Shown here: positions 1 to 10,600 of the stretch, piece by piece
How positions within the stretch are numbered: the first letter of the stretch is position 1
Layout of the letters: every line of letters begins with the position of its first letter
Origin: an uncultured Gemmatimonadales bacterium
Lineage (GTDB): Bacteria > Gemmatimonadota > Gemmatimonadetes > Gemmatimonadales > Gemmatimonadaceae
Assembly: GCA_963701965.1 (NCBI GenBank)
Contig: OY969695.1
Location: forward strand, 32,001-96,000
Direction: 5' to 3'
DNA: 64,000 nt
Program-made: the position numbers and the translations under genes
Notes under the pieces: generated by a model
Databases searched by the model: none
What the model was told of the DNA's origin: nothing
Seen by the model: only the letters and a program-made list of their open reading frames with translations

Positions 1-518
1 TGTTCACCAGTGTCGGACCGGTGAATTTCGGCGCGACATCGGTCGACGCTTCGCTCGAATTCGGAACGGGCCCGCGCGCCGGCTTGTGCAGCGACTACGT
101 GATGCCCCTGGTGCTGGCTCCCTACGCCGCCCCGTCATGGATTGCAAAGCACGGCAACTCGCTAACGCAGGAAACGCCACCCGCGTCGCTGATCCGGCTC
201 TACACCTTCCCCGATGGTTGGAAAGATTGGTTCCAATTCGCGGGTGTTCATCCGGCACCCGAATCAACGGGGGCGCGCTACGAGCTTTTGTCCATGGCCC
301 TGAACGCGACCATCGCGGGTCTGGGCACCGTGCTGCTTCCTCCTTTCATGGCCGACGATGCCGTGAGCGATGGCCGGTTGCGACGCCTCTCGCGAAAGAA
401 CTGGGGCTATCCCGGCGGCTACTACCTGGTGTACCCACGCGAATCCGCGGACATGAAAGCGCTTGGCGTCTTCAGGGAATGGGTGCTGGACCGGGTCAAG
501 GAGCGACACACGACATGA
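1..518 (+). CDS. LysR-family (GcvA-like) regulator, C-terminal substrate-binding domain, 5'-truncated by the window
   Basis: Motifs 'WKDWF..AG', 'YELLSMALNATIAGLG', 'YYLVYP', 'FREWV'; the frame is open to the window edge; ATGA overlap with the next gene. Confidence 0.85.
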   Translation, partial: FTSVGPVNFGATSVDASLEFGTGPRAGLCSDYVMPLVLAPYAAPSWIAKHGNSLTQETPPASLIRLYTFPDGWKDWFQFAGVHPAPESTGARYELLSMALNATIAGLGTVLLPPFMADDAVSDGRLRRLSRKNWGYPGGYYLVYPRESADMKALGVFREWVLDRVKERHTT

Positions 519-1567
519 ACCCACCCTTCCTGCGAAACACCTGGTACGTGGTCGCATGGGACCACGAGATTCCGGCCGAAGGCTTGTTCAGCCGCACTGT
601 CATCGGCGAACCCTTGCTGCTATATCGGACCAGCGACGGCCAGATCACGGCGCTGGAAGACCGCTGCTGCCACCGCCAGGCTCCGCTTTCGCTTGGCCGG
701 CGCGAGGGCGACTGCGTGCGCTGTGGCTACCATGGCCTGAAGTTCGCCCCCGACGGCCGCTGCGTGGAAGTGCCCGGGCAGGACAGCGTGCCGCCCAAGG
801 CGCATGTGCGCGCCTTTCCCGTGGTGCTGCAGCACCGCTGGGTCATGGTGTGGATGGGCGATCCGGCTCTGGCAGACCCGGCGCTGCTGCCGGACAACTT
901 CAGCAACGATCATCCCGCTTGGCGCTGCGAGCCTGGCTACCTGCACTACGCCACGCCCTGGCAGCTGATCGCCGACAACCTGCTGGATTTCTCTCACCTG
1001 AGCTATGTGCATGCGGCCACCCTGGGCGGCAGCGAGCGGATCGCGCACCTGCGGCCGACGGTCGAGGTCATTGAGCGCGGCATCCGCGTCAAGCGACGCG
1101 TGCCCGGCGTGCCCTCGCCCAGCTACTACAAGCCCTTGTGGGACTACGCCGGGCCGATCGACCGCTGGATTGACTACGAGTTTCTGCTGCCGGCCACGCT
1201 GCTGATGCACTCTGGCGCGCGGCCGGCGGGTGCGGCCGAGACTGATGACGGCGAAGGTGTCCGCTTTCACAGCTGCCAAGCCCTGACTCCCGAGACCGAA
1301 CACAGCACGCACTACTTCTTCCAGGAGGCACACCGCGCCGGCCAAGGAGATATGCAGACGACGCGACACCTGCACGCGGGGCTGCTGGCCGCGTTCGAGG
1401 AAGACCGCGCGATGATCACCGCGCAATCGCGCAATATCGCACTGCGCCCCGACCGGCCCATGCTGCCGTTGGCCATGGACCGGGCACTGACGCAGTTTCG
1501 GCACCTGATGGCGCAGGCCTTGCAAGCAGAAGCGGAAATCCCCAATGAGGAAGTTGTGCCGGGGTGA
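515..1567 (+). CDS. Rieske non-heme iron oxygenase, VanA-like demethylase subunit
   Basis: Rieske motifs CCHR...CGYHG and iron-site motif DNLLDFSHLSYVH; start MNPPFLRNTWYV. Confidence 0.9.
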   Translation: MNPPFLRNTWYVVAWDHEIPAEGLFSRTVIGEPLLLYRTSDGQITALEDRCCHRQAPLSLGRREGDCVRCGYHGLKFAPDGRCVEVPGQDSVPPKAHVRAFPVVLQHRWVMVWMGDPALADPALLPDNFSNDHPAWRCEPGYLHYATPWQLIADNLLDFSHLSYVHAATLGGSERIAHLRPTVEVIERGIRVKRRVPGVPSPSYYKPLWDYAGPIDRWIDYEFLLPATLLMHSGARPAGAAETDDGEGVRFHSCQALTPETEHSTHYFFQEAHRAGQGDMQTTRHLHAGLLAAFEEDRAMITAQSRNIALRPDRPMLPLAMDRALTQFRHLMAQALQAEAEIPNEEVVPG

Positions 1568-1730
1568 TGAAGCAGCGGATCGACCGGGTTCGCACGGTCC
1601 TGATCGATCGACTCAATGAAGGATCGGCTGTGCCGAGTCGGGGGCAACGCGTTTACTGATTGCTTTCCGCGCTTCCCACAATATTCCTCACGTCCATTCG
1701 TCTACCCAACATGGACGCCCTAGCCGGCCT

Positions 1731-2478
1731 GACTTAGCGGCCTCGATCTCGACGGACTTTATTTGTCGTGATCAGTTTGTGCCGCGCGAACTCACTTGAG
1801 CGAGCAGCGATTCAATCCTGTTGCAAAGAGCGTCGGCCTGATCGACAAGCGATCTGCCGACGCTTGCGCTCGCAGGCTTGCGAGTTGCGGCCTTGGCCGG
1901 AACGCGTCGAGCCTTCAACGTTGCAACCGTGGTTCGGGTGATTGCCGATTCCTTCCGGCAAGGGCCTTCTCCGGTCGCCGGCAGATTGCGTCCGATGACT
2001 GCAGACATGATCGCCGCCGTCAGGGCGCTGTGGAGATCGGCCGCTCGGCAGCGGCATTGCACCAAGGTCCATTGTCCCTAAGCGAGGGATTGGTCTATGG
2101 CACAGTCCGCCAAGATCCGAGGAGGTCCGGGACTGTCCAGGACGCTCTCAGCCCGTCGCACTCTATTTCAACTTTCTGCGTAGAGAGCCTAGAGGAGGCG
2201 ACACGATTGCTTCTAGGGTCGCGGACAGCGCGGCGTTCCAGCCGCATTCAAGAGCTGGACCGGCAGCGCACCTCTGGGCGTCCCGCTGCGGCGGGGTGCG
2301 AATCAGCAGGGCATTGAAGTGGTTCAGCGCAGGTAATGCGCGAGGTGCGTGGCCGAATAGATCGCCAGGCCAACGAGCCCACCCACGACCGTGCCGTTGA
2401 TCCGGATGAATTGCAGGTCGCGACCGATGTTGCGCTCGAGCTCGTTCGTCATCTCCGCCGCGTTCCACTCACTGACGC
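1731..2478 (+). repeat. 748-bp direct repeat, copy 1 (includes the 3' end of the DUF445 gene)
   Basis: Matches 14221-14968 at offset 12490; mismatches seen at 2372 and 2433. Confidence 0.95.
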
Positions 2479-2573
2479 CAAGCGCGATCTGTCCCATTCA
2501 TCGACCATGCAGCGAGGGAAGGCCGTCCGGGTGACCGGGGCACCTCCTCCTACCAAACCAGCGAGGCGACCCA

Positions 2574-2798
2574 GTGATCAAGCTATTGACCACGGTGCTG
2601 TTCGGCCTTGTCTTGGCGTCATCCGCAATCTATGTGCTGCAACCGGTAAAGGCCGCCTCGCCGATGCCGACGGAGGTCAACTTCCCGGCGAGTGCAAGGG
2701 CGTGGTCGCAGCCGCTGTGGCCCGCTCCCACGGCACCTTTCGACGAGACGCCGATTACGCCTTTCGAGACTGTCGGCGCGAGCCTACTTGAGTCGTGA
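2574..2798 (+). CDS. small hypothetical exported protein
   Basis: GTG start with GAGG upstream, hydrophobic N-terminus, Pro-rich tail. Confidence 0.45.
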   Translation: MIKLLTTVLFGLVLASSAIYVLQPVKAASPMPTEVNFPASARAWSQPLWPAPTAPFDETPITPFETVGASLLES

Positions 2799-2903
2799 AA
2801 CCCTGTGTCGTCGCCGCGAGACCCAGTCTTGAGCCGACTGCATCTCCGCCTGATCGTCCTACCAGGTCCTCACAAAGCTCGCAGCCTTCAACAGGAGTCG
2901 TTC

Positions 2904-3455
2904 ATGATTTCACTGCAATCGATCGAGGGCTCGCCCGTGATCCAGGATTACGGAAGCTTGGTGCAAGTGCGGCGGGGACTGTCGAGTGAAGTCCGCCACC
3001 GGAGCGTCGCCGCCGCGAACCGGCTCCGCGCGCATTCCATGGCGCTACGCGATCTTTACAAGAAGGCGCATTGGCAGACCTCGGGCGCGACCTTCTACGA
3101 TCTTCACCGGCTCTTCGACAAGCACTTCACGGAGCAGCTGGCAATCATCGACGCCCTGGCGGAGCGGGTGCAGACGCTGGGTGGTGTCGCTCTAGCGCTG
3201 GCGCACGACGTCGTCGAGGAGTCGCGGATCTCGCGCGCTCCTCGCGGTCGGGAGGAGCCTCTGAATCAACTGAGCCGGTTGCTCGCAGCGCACGAGATGG
3301 TTCTCCTCGAGGCCCGCCCTCTGGCTCGTCAGGCGACCGCCGATGGGGACGAGGGCACAAACGATCTGCTCGTCAGCCGGGTCGTTCGTACGAATGAACT
3401 GCAGAGCTGGTTGGTCGGTGAGCACCTGGCGGGCGCGAGCGGCGCCGAGCGTTGA
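2904..3455 (+). CDS. dps: Dps family DNA starvation/stationary-phase protection protein
   Basis: AGGAG RBS; motifs KKAHWQTSG, LHRLFDKH, DALAER, DEGTNDLL. Confidence 0.9.
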   Translation: MISLQSIEGSPVIQDYGSLVQVRRGLSSEVRHRSVAAANRLRAHSMALRDLYKKAHWQTSGATFYDLHRLFDKHFTEQLAIIDALAERVQTLGGVALALAHDVVEESRISRAPRGREEPLNQLSRLLAAHEMVLLEARPLARQATADGDEGTNDLLVSRVVRTNELQSWLVGEHLAGASGAER

Positions 3456-3778
3456 ACTCCTCGACTCGCGGGTGTCGGCTCCGGCAGCTCAATCAACGGT
3501 GCCTACGTCCGCAATGGTCGGACGGCGCCGATTGGCTCGCTGATCTCGGTGGACGCAACCAGTCGTCCGAGTTGAACAGCATTCTAAAGCTGACCCTCGA
3601 CAGCGCTGTGTTCGGCCAGAACCGGTCATCCTCAACGGCCGCTCTGGAGCGTGGTCTCACCTAGCCTGCGCGTCGGCGCCGTGTTCGGAGAGTTGCGAGC
3701 CGAACCAGCGGTGGATCACGGGCGTGTGAGCGACCTGAAGATGACGTGTATCGCCTCGTCTAGGTGCCGGGAGGGGCC

Positions 3779-4897
3779 CTAGCGGAATGCCCCCACCACC
3801 GCGCTCAAGACGTGCCCCGGTGCCTGCCAGCTCGTCTCCTCGTTGTACTGGCCGGCCGTAACTACCACGACGAGGTCGAGCGACGGAACGAGAAAGATTC
3901 GCTGGCCGCCGTTGCCGAACGCACCGACGTACGAAAACCACGCCGTCCCGGCGCGCACGCGTCCATGCCACCACTGCCAGCCATAGCGCAGGTTTCCGGC
4001 GGGAAGACGATCACGAAGCATCTCTTCCACCCATGCAGCCGAGACGATCTGCCGGCCTTCCCACTGCCCGTGGTCGAGCACAAGGCGTCCGATCTTGGCC
4101 ATGTCGCGTGGGCGCAGCCTGAGGCCGCCAAACGGCGTCACGCGGCCCGGCCGGTCGCGCCGCCACTCGGTACTGCGGATGTCGAGCGGCTTGAACAGCA
4201 CCGCGTCCGCGAACACGTCGAGCGGGCGCTTGACCGCGCGGGAGACAACTTCGCCGAGCAGCGCTGTGCCGCCGCCGTTGTAGTTGAAGCGGGTGCCCGG
4301 TTCAGCGACAACGTCGCGATCGAGCACGTAGCGAAGGGGATCCGTGGCGAATCGCATGCGCGTTTCGCTATTGCCCCAACGGATGTAGCTGCCCGACTCG
4401 TCCCAGTCGAGGCCGGACGCCATGCCCAGGAGATGGGCGAGGGTGATGCGCGACTTCGCCGTGCCCTGCAGATCCGCGTACTCGGGGAAGTAGTCGAGCA
4501 CGGGCACGTCGACCCCCGGAATGGCGCCCTGATCGACGGCGATGCCGAACAGGATGGCCGTGACGCTCTTGGTCACCGAGCGCAGGTCGTGCAGCCCGTC
4601 TGCGTTGAAGCTGGCGGCCCGGGAAAAAAGCGAGGCACCCGGGTGATCGGTGCCGTTGAAGTACGCCTCCAGCTGCACTTGCCCTGCGTGGTCGACGACG
4701 ACACCGTGCAGGTTGGCTTGCGGTGTGGCGATGCTCGCCAGCGTTGCGCAGAGTGCGTCGACGTCGATCGAGACCTCGGCCGCCGCTGTTGTCAGGGCCG
4801 GCGCGCCGCACGCATTTGCCGCCAGCGCCGATTCGCCAGCGATCGCAGTGGCGAGGGCCATGAAAGCCCGAGCCAACAGGCAGTTCAGCCAAGGCAT
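3779..4897 (-). CDS. serine hydrolase, beta-lactamase class C-like, exported
   Basis: Signal peptide; SxxK (SVTK), FNYN, LRPRDMAKIG, GNGGQ. Confidence 0.9.
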   Translation of the reverse strand: MPWLNCLLARAFMALATAIAGESALAANACGAPALTTAAAEVSIDVDALCATLASIATPQANLHGVVVDHAGQVQLEAYFNGTDHPGASLFSRAASFNADGLHDLRSVTKSVTAILFGIAVDQGAIPGVDVPVLDYFPEYADLQGTAKSRITLAHLLGMASGLDWDESGSYIRWGNSETRMRFATDPLRYVLDRDVVAEPGTRFNYNGGGTALLGEVVSRAVKRPLDVFADAVLFKPLDIRSTEWRRDRPGRVTPFGGLRLRPRDMAKIGRLVLDHGQWEGRQIVSAAWVEEMLRDRLPAGNLRYGWQWWHGRVRAGTAWFSYVGAFGNGGQRIFLVPSLDLVVVVTAGQYNEETSWQAPGHVLSAVVGAFR

Positions 4898-5193
4898 CGT
4901 CTCGCTCCGCGCACCTGAATCGCGGAAACTATAAGGCGCGCGTCGCGGCTTTTGAAAAGCAGTCGATAGACCGAAAAAGCACCGAATCGATGTGCACCAG
5001 CGACGCGATCGGCCAAGACCGGCCGTCCCGCGAGCGACTCCTTAGGTCACGCGCGGCTCTCGCCACCAGCAACCGCGCTTGAAAAGCTCGGCGCGCGCGA
5101 CGTTCGGTGACGAAGCTGCGCGTATTCGACGCTACAGTGCAAAGCTGCGAGCCCGAGGCTGGCCCCGTCGCCGAATTGAACAAGGAGCGTGCG

Positions 5194-5874
5194 ATGAACA
5201 AGCGGCTCGAGGGCAAACGCGTTCTGATTACCCAGGCGCGCGACTTCATGGGCCCGGCTCTCTGCGACGTGCTGGTTGAGCACGGTGCGATCGTGCTGGC
5301 AGACGAATCGCCCTTGTCGGCGCCGGATGCAGCCGAGCGCGTCGTCCGCGCGGCCGGCACCGTTGATATCTTGGTGGCCAACTTGGCCATCCCGGTGCTG
5401 GTTGCGCCCGCCGCGGAGGTCGGCGACGAGGGCTGGCGCGCCACCTTTGCCGCAATCGTCGACCCCTTGCCGCGCTTGGCGCGCGCGCTGTTGCCGGCGA
5501 TGATTGCGCGCCGCTCCGGCAAGTTTCTGGTGATGAGCAGCGCCACGGCGTTGCGTGGGCAGAGCCTGACTTCGACCTACTGCTCGGCGCGTGGCGCGCA
5601 GCTCGCCTGGGTGCAATCCGTGGGTGTGGAACTGGCGCAGCACAACGTGCAGGTCAATGCCATCGCGTTCAACTTCCTGGACAACCCGACCTACTTCCCG
5701 GCCGAAAAGCAAGCCGACCCACGCTTTCAGGAAAAGCTGAAGCGCGAGGTGCCGCTCGGCCGCATGGTCAGCGCCCGCGAGGGCGCCGAATTCGCTGCCT
5801 ATCTGTGCAGTGCGACAGCGGACTGCTTCGTTGGCCAGGTGTTCCCGGTGTGTGGCGGCTGGCTACAGCGCTGA
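5194..5874 (+). CDS. hheD: halohydrin dehalogenase, D-type (SDR superfamily)
   Basis: Both HHDH signatures: T-X4-F-X-G (TQARDFMG) and S-X12-Y-X3-R (SATALRGQSLTSTYCSAR); AGGAG RBS. Confidence 0.85.
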   Translation: MNKRLEGKRVLITQARDFMGPALCDVLVEHGAIVLADESPLSAPDAAERVVRAAGTVDILVANLAIPVLVAPAAEVGDEGWRATFAAIVDPLPRLARALLPAMIARRSGKFLVMSSATALRGQSLTSTYCSARGAQLAWVQSVGVELAQHNVQVNAIAFNFLDNPTYFPAEKQADPRFQEKLKREVPLGRMVSAREGAEFAAYLCSATADCFVGQVFPVCGGWLQR

Positions 5875-5987
5875 GGCACGCGCTTCACGGGTAGGTGCGT
5901 TGTCGGGGCGGGAGCAACGCGATGAAGCGCGCGGTTCCAATGACGGCGGCTTTGTCGACATGACGCAGCCGCCTGTCGACCTCTCGC

Positions 5988-6668
5988 TTAAATCTTCAGC
6001 CGTTCGTTCTGGGGGAACATGGCGCGCCGTGCCTCGTCGTCCATCTCGGCCTTGAACGTATATCGGTCCTTCAGCGCTGCGGCACGCTGCGCTGCGGGGC
6101 GTTCGCTGATCGTGTCAAGGAGGCGCTTGACGTGGGGCAGTTGGGCCCAGGCCTCGGGTCCCAGCGCAAACGGCACGGCTCGCGCCCAGCCCCACACGGC
6201 AACGTCGAGCACCGAGTAGCCGCTTCCCACCATCCACGGCCGGTCCGCCAGATGCGCATCCAGGATCTTCCAGTGACGCCAAGCCTCGAAGTCATAGCGG
6301 TTGAGAGCATATGGGTTTGGCTCGGCCGCGTAATGCCTGAAGTGCACGCACTGTCCGGTGAACGGCCCGACGCCCGAAGCGACGAACATCAGCCACGAGA
6401 GCATCGCACCGCGCTCTCGCCCTGCAGGCAGGAGGTGCCCGGTCTTCTCGGCGAGGTAGAGAAGGATCGCGTTGCTGTCGAACACGGTGGTGTCGCCGTC
6501 TGTGATCACCGGAACCTTGGCGTTCGGGTTGAGCGCTGTGAAAGCCGGTGCGTGTTGTTCGCCCTTGCGCGTGTCCACGGGTATTGCCTCGTAAGGCAGG
6601 CCACATTCCTCCAGGAACAACGCCACCTTCATGGGGTTCGGCGCGAGCGAGTAGTAGAACTTCAGCAT
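5988..6668 (-). CDS. glutathione S-transferase (YfcG/Nu-class-like)
   Basis: APNPMKVALFLEE, LNPNAKVPVI, DSNAILLYLAEK. Confidence 0.9.
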   Translation of the reverse strand: MLKFYYSLAPNPMKVALFLEECGLPYEAIPVDTRKGEQHAPAFTALNPNAKVPVITDGDTTVFDSNAILLYLAEKTGHLLPAGRERGAMLSWLMFVASGVGPFTGQCVHFRHYAAEPNPYALNRYDFEAWRHWKILDAHLADRPWMVGSGYSVLDVAVWGWARAVPFALGPEAWAQLPHVKRLLDTISERPAAQRAAALKDRYTFKAEMDDEARRAMFPQNERLKI

Positions 6669-7202
6669 GGTGAGCGACACCCGTGATTGCGATGTCCTAT
6701 TCTGGGCCTGGCTCAGCGCAGGTGGCACAGAACATAGCTTGGGACACGGGTGCAGCTCTGTGTGCTGCCCCTTTCGGTCGACCGGCGACCCCGGGTGGCT
6801 GGCAGGAAGCGGCCACAAACAGTCGCCCGCGAATGTCGGCTTTCGGGCACCTGCCTTCTTCACTCAAATGCCATTCAGCGGGCTCTGCGCACCGCGTCCG
6901 CCCCTTCTTTTAGGACGTGCGCGTAGACCTGGTCGAGGAGCCGGACGCCCCGCGCAGCACCTAGGCGGACTGGACGGCAGTCAAGTTCGATCACTGCTGC
7001 GGCACTGTGGCCCACAGGCGCCGTTCAGGTTGCAGCCATGATCCAGCAACTGCTGCGCAGCAGTCGAGCCGATCGCGAGGACATCAAACGGCCCCTCGCC
7101 CAGGTTCGCCGTCGTATCGACTGCCTCAGGCAAGTTCAGCTCGAATCCGGTCGCATAGGGCTTCGTGTCGATGCCGATGCGAGGCTCAATCACAGGCTAC
7201 CG

Positions 7203-7335
7203 CTAACGCATACCCGCCGCGGCGGCGTGAAGGTTAAAGGTTGCCACGCGCACCAAGCCCGCTCGTGGGCTGTCGATGTCAGCGATCATGAAGAATGACA
7301 TCGAGACGACGATCGGCAACACGAACATCAACTGC
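7203..7335 (-). pseudogene. 3' fragment of a DUF4239-like membrane protein
   Basis: LPIVVSMSFFMIADIDSPRAGLVRV resembles the C-terminus of this family; no N-terminal part. Confidence 0.5.
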
Positions 7336-7494
7336 TTGATCCCCGCTGAATTCACATCGTCGCAATGTCGGATAGGTGCGACAACTCCACACAACGACGA
7401 TTTGTCTCGGACGGCGCAAGCCTTGAGTAGCGTCGAAGCCGCGCTTCGGCTAGAGATCAACCCGCTCCTCGACGCGATTGATCATTTAATTTGT

Positions 7495-7565
7495 CGAGGT
7501 GAGCTCCTGCGTGCGGTGCACAGGCGTGACCTCCACGTCGACGAGGATCCCCGCCCGCACGTCGC
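7495..7565 (-). mobile_element. possible IS1182-family transposase remnant
   Basis: Short peptide DVRAGILVDVEVTPVHRTQE resembles an internal transposase segment. Confidence 0.35.
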
Positions 7566-7661
7566 GGTGACGCCGCGCTTGATCTTTGGTAGTGCTCGTG
7601 GCGACGGCCAGCGGCCTGGAACTCGTGGAAGATCGAACTGATACATCGGTTGCTGGAGGGA

Positions 7662-10600
7662 TCAGCGCTCGCCGCACGGCCCCTTCGCTACCCTCGCAGG
7701 CAGGAACTGCACCGCCTCTTCCGCTGTCAGATTACGCCCCGCCGTCCTGCATGCGACTTCGACCAGGTCGTCGCGTCGTAGTCGCCATCTGCGTATCGTC
7801 CCGTCGTAAGCGCCGCTCACGAGCCAGCGGCTGTCCGGTGTGAATCCCAGATGCTGCACGCTGGCTTCGTGTCCGCGCAGGACCACCGGTGCCGCGGTCG
7901 GCGCGGCCGGGCTCCAGAGCCGGATGGTGCGGTCTTCCGATGCCGTCGCAAGCCATTTACTGTCGGGGCTGAACGCGATGGCGCCAAGGCGCCCGACGTG
8001 GCCACGCAGGACCACCGGCGCTGCGGCCGCGGCGTTGCCCAATGCGAGAAGCGCCGCAGTGTTGTCCCACGCGCCGAAGGCCACCCAGCGGCCGTCCGCG
8101 CTGAACGCGGCCTGCAACACGCGGTCGCTGAACGCGACTTCGCGTGCGAGCTTCGGCGTGGTGCCTTGCAGGTCCCAGAGCCTGCCCTTTTGATCAAAGC
8201 TCGCTGTAGCCGCCCAGTGTCCGTCGGGGCTGAACGCCACCTGATAGACGACGTTGCCGTGAGGCAACTCGCGCGCGTCGGCACAGGGGGTCGGCGATGC
8301 CATGTTCCAGATCCGAACCGGGCCGCCATGCGCGCCTGCGGCGAGCCCGCGGCCGTCGGCCGTGAACGTCAGCTCGCGAAGGGGGGCGTTGACCGCACAG
8401 CGGTGCCGCGGCTCAAGCGACGGGTTGTCGCCCGAGACGTCCCAAAGATTCAGACTGGCTTGCCGCGCCCACGTACCGCTCGCCAGCCAGCGCCCGTCGG
8501 GGCTGAAGCGCAATGTCCGCACCTCGCCGTGCACACGCTCGACCAGCAACCGCGGCTCGCTCGAAGCGTCTTTGAGATTCCAGAGGCTGATGACGTTTTT
8601 GCCCTGGCTCTTGGCTGCGAGCCAGCGTCCGTCCGGGCTGATTGCGACCGCGTGCGACGACGACGGCAGCGGCAATTCGCGCGCCGGTTTGTGGCCATCT
8701 GCGACGGACCACAGCCGCAACACGTTTTCGCCCTCGGCCGACGTCGCCACCTGGTCGCCGCCCGCGCTGAGGGCCATGCCTATGATCTTCGGCGCGCCGG
8801 GACTGCGCAGCACCATCGGGTCAGCAAGGGCGTCGGGAATCGGCCAGAGCCGAGCGTTCGCGTCGCCGCTCCAGCTCACCAGATGGCCGGGTCGCTCGCC
8901 GGGCACGAAGGTGGTCCGGACAATGCCACTATCGTGACCGCGCAGTAGCTTTGACGGTGCGGTCGGCGTAGACAAATCCCATAAGCGCGCTGATGCGTCG
9001 ACAGCGCCGGACGCAAGCCAGCGGCCGTCGTCACTGAAGCCAAGGCTCCCAACTGGGGCGCCGTGCCCTTTGAGGAGCAGCGACGCTGCCGACGTGCGGT
9101 CCCGAAGATCCCATAGCTGCACGTCCGCCGAGGAGCCACTGGCCACCGCCAGCCAACGCTGGTCGGCACTCAAAGCCACGGCGCTGATCCATCCTCCGCC
9201 GCCTGCGAACGAGCCCACCGGCTGCTCGGGCGGATTGGGCAGCATCAGATCCCAGAGCTCGACGGCGTAGCCATAGGCCACGGCGAGCCGCGAATCGTCG
9301 CCGTTGAACGCCATCGCCAAAAGCGAATCTTCGAGCAGCCGCTTCTGGTGCACCAGCTCACGCGGCTCGGCGCCGGCCGCTGCGCTCGAGAGGTCCCAAA
9401 GCCGCACCGGGGCGCCGAACGCCTTGCAGCCGCCCGTGCAGGTGGTGGCCAGCCAGCGCCCGCCCCGGCTGAACAGCACCTGCATCACCGGGTCGTTGCT
9501 CTTGCCGCGCTCGCAGGGCGCCTGCACCGGCCCTTGGGCGGCCATTCGCCACAGGCACACATGGCCGGCCTCCGTGCCGAAGGCGAGCCACTGGCCGTCG
9601 CCGCTGATCGCCAGCGCATGCACTGGGCCGAGCGAGCCGAGCGCGAATACGGTCGACGCCTGCGCTAGGGTGTCATCGACACGCCACACCCGCACGCTGC
9701 CGTCGCCGCCGCCGCTCACGAGCCAGCGCCCATCGCCGCTGAAAGCCATGCCGGCGACCGTTCCCGTGTGACCGTCCAAATTCTGCGCGTGCGTGCTCGG
9801 CTCGGCTGAATCCAGGTTCCACAGCCGTATCGCGCCCGATTCGTCGCCCGTCGCCAGCAAGCGCCGGTCCGGCGAGAATGCAGTCGCCGTCACGGGCTTA
9901 GCATGCTGCGCGAGCGGCTGGCCGCCAATGGTCAGCAACTGTTGCCGCAACCCGTCGATAGCGGTCAGCGTGCCCACCGCATCGTTCTTGCCCAGCGCCG
10001 CGGCACGCACGGCGAGCAGCAAGCTGCGCTGCGGTCGGCTGTCGGGGTCGCCCGTGTGGCGGGTGAGTTGCTGCACCTCACCCACGCGCTCGTTGGCGGC
10101 CGACGCTTCCCAGTACTGTTGCGTGGCCACCCAGGCACCGACGAGCGCGACAACGAAAAGGAATGTGGCGACGATGCTGAAGCGGCGCGCCGCCGTGGCC
10201 CGACGGCGCTCGGCGTGCGCGGCCCAGGGTCTGTTCCTCGGCGATGCGCTCGGCGTCGCGAAGCTTGCGTTCCTGTTCGGCGCGCTCGGCAGCTTCGCGC
10301 GCCTGCTGCGCGGCGCGGCAGGCGTCGAGATAGCGCTGTTCAACCGAAGCTTCGGGCAATTTGAAACGCGGGCTGGCGAGCAACGCGTCGAGCTCGCCCA
10401 ACCGACCGTTGCGGTGAACGAGCAGGTCCTCGCGGCGTGCGCCCTGCTCCCATTCCAAAGCTGCGCTGTGCAAACCTTCGAGAAGCCGCAGGTTGTCCTT
10501 GTCCGCGCTCAGCCAGTCGCTCAGTTGCGGCCACGTGCGCAACAGCGCCTCATGGGCGACCTCGTGGGTCTCGCGCCCCTGCGCGTCGCGGTCGCTGACC

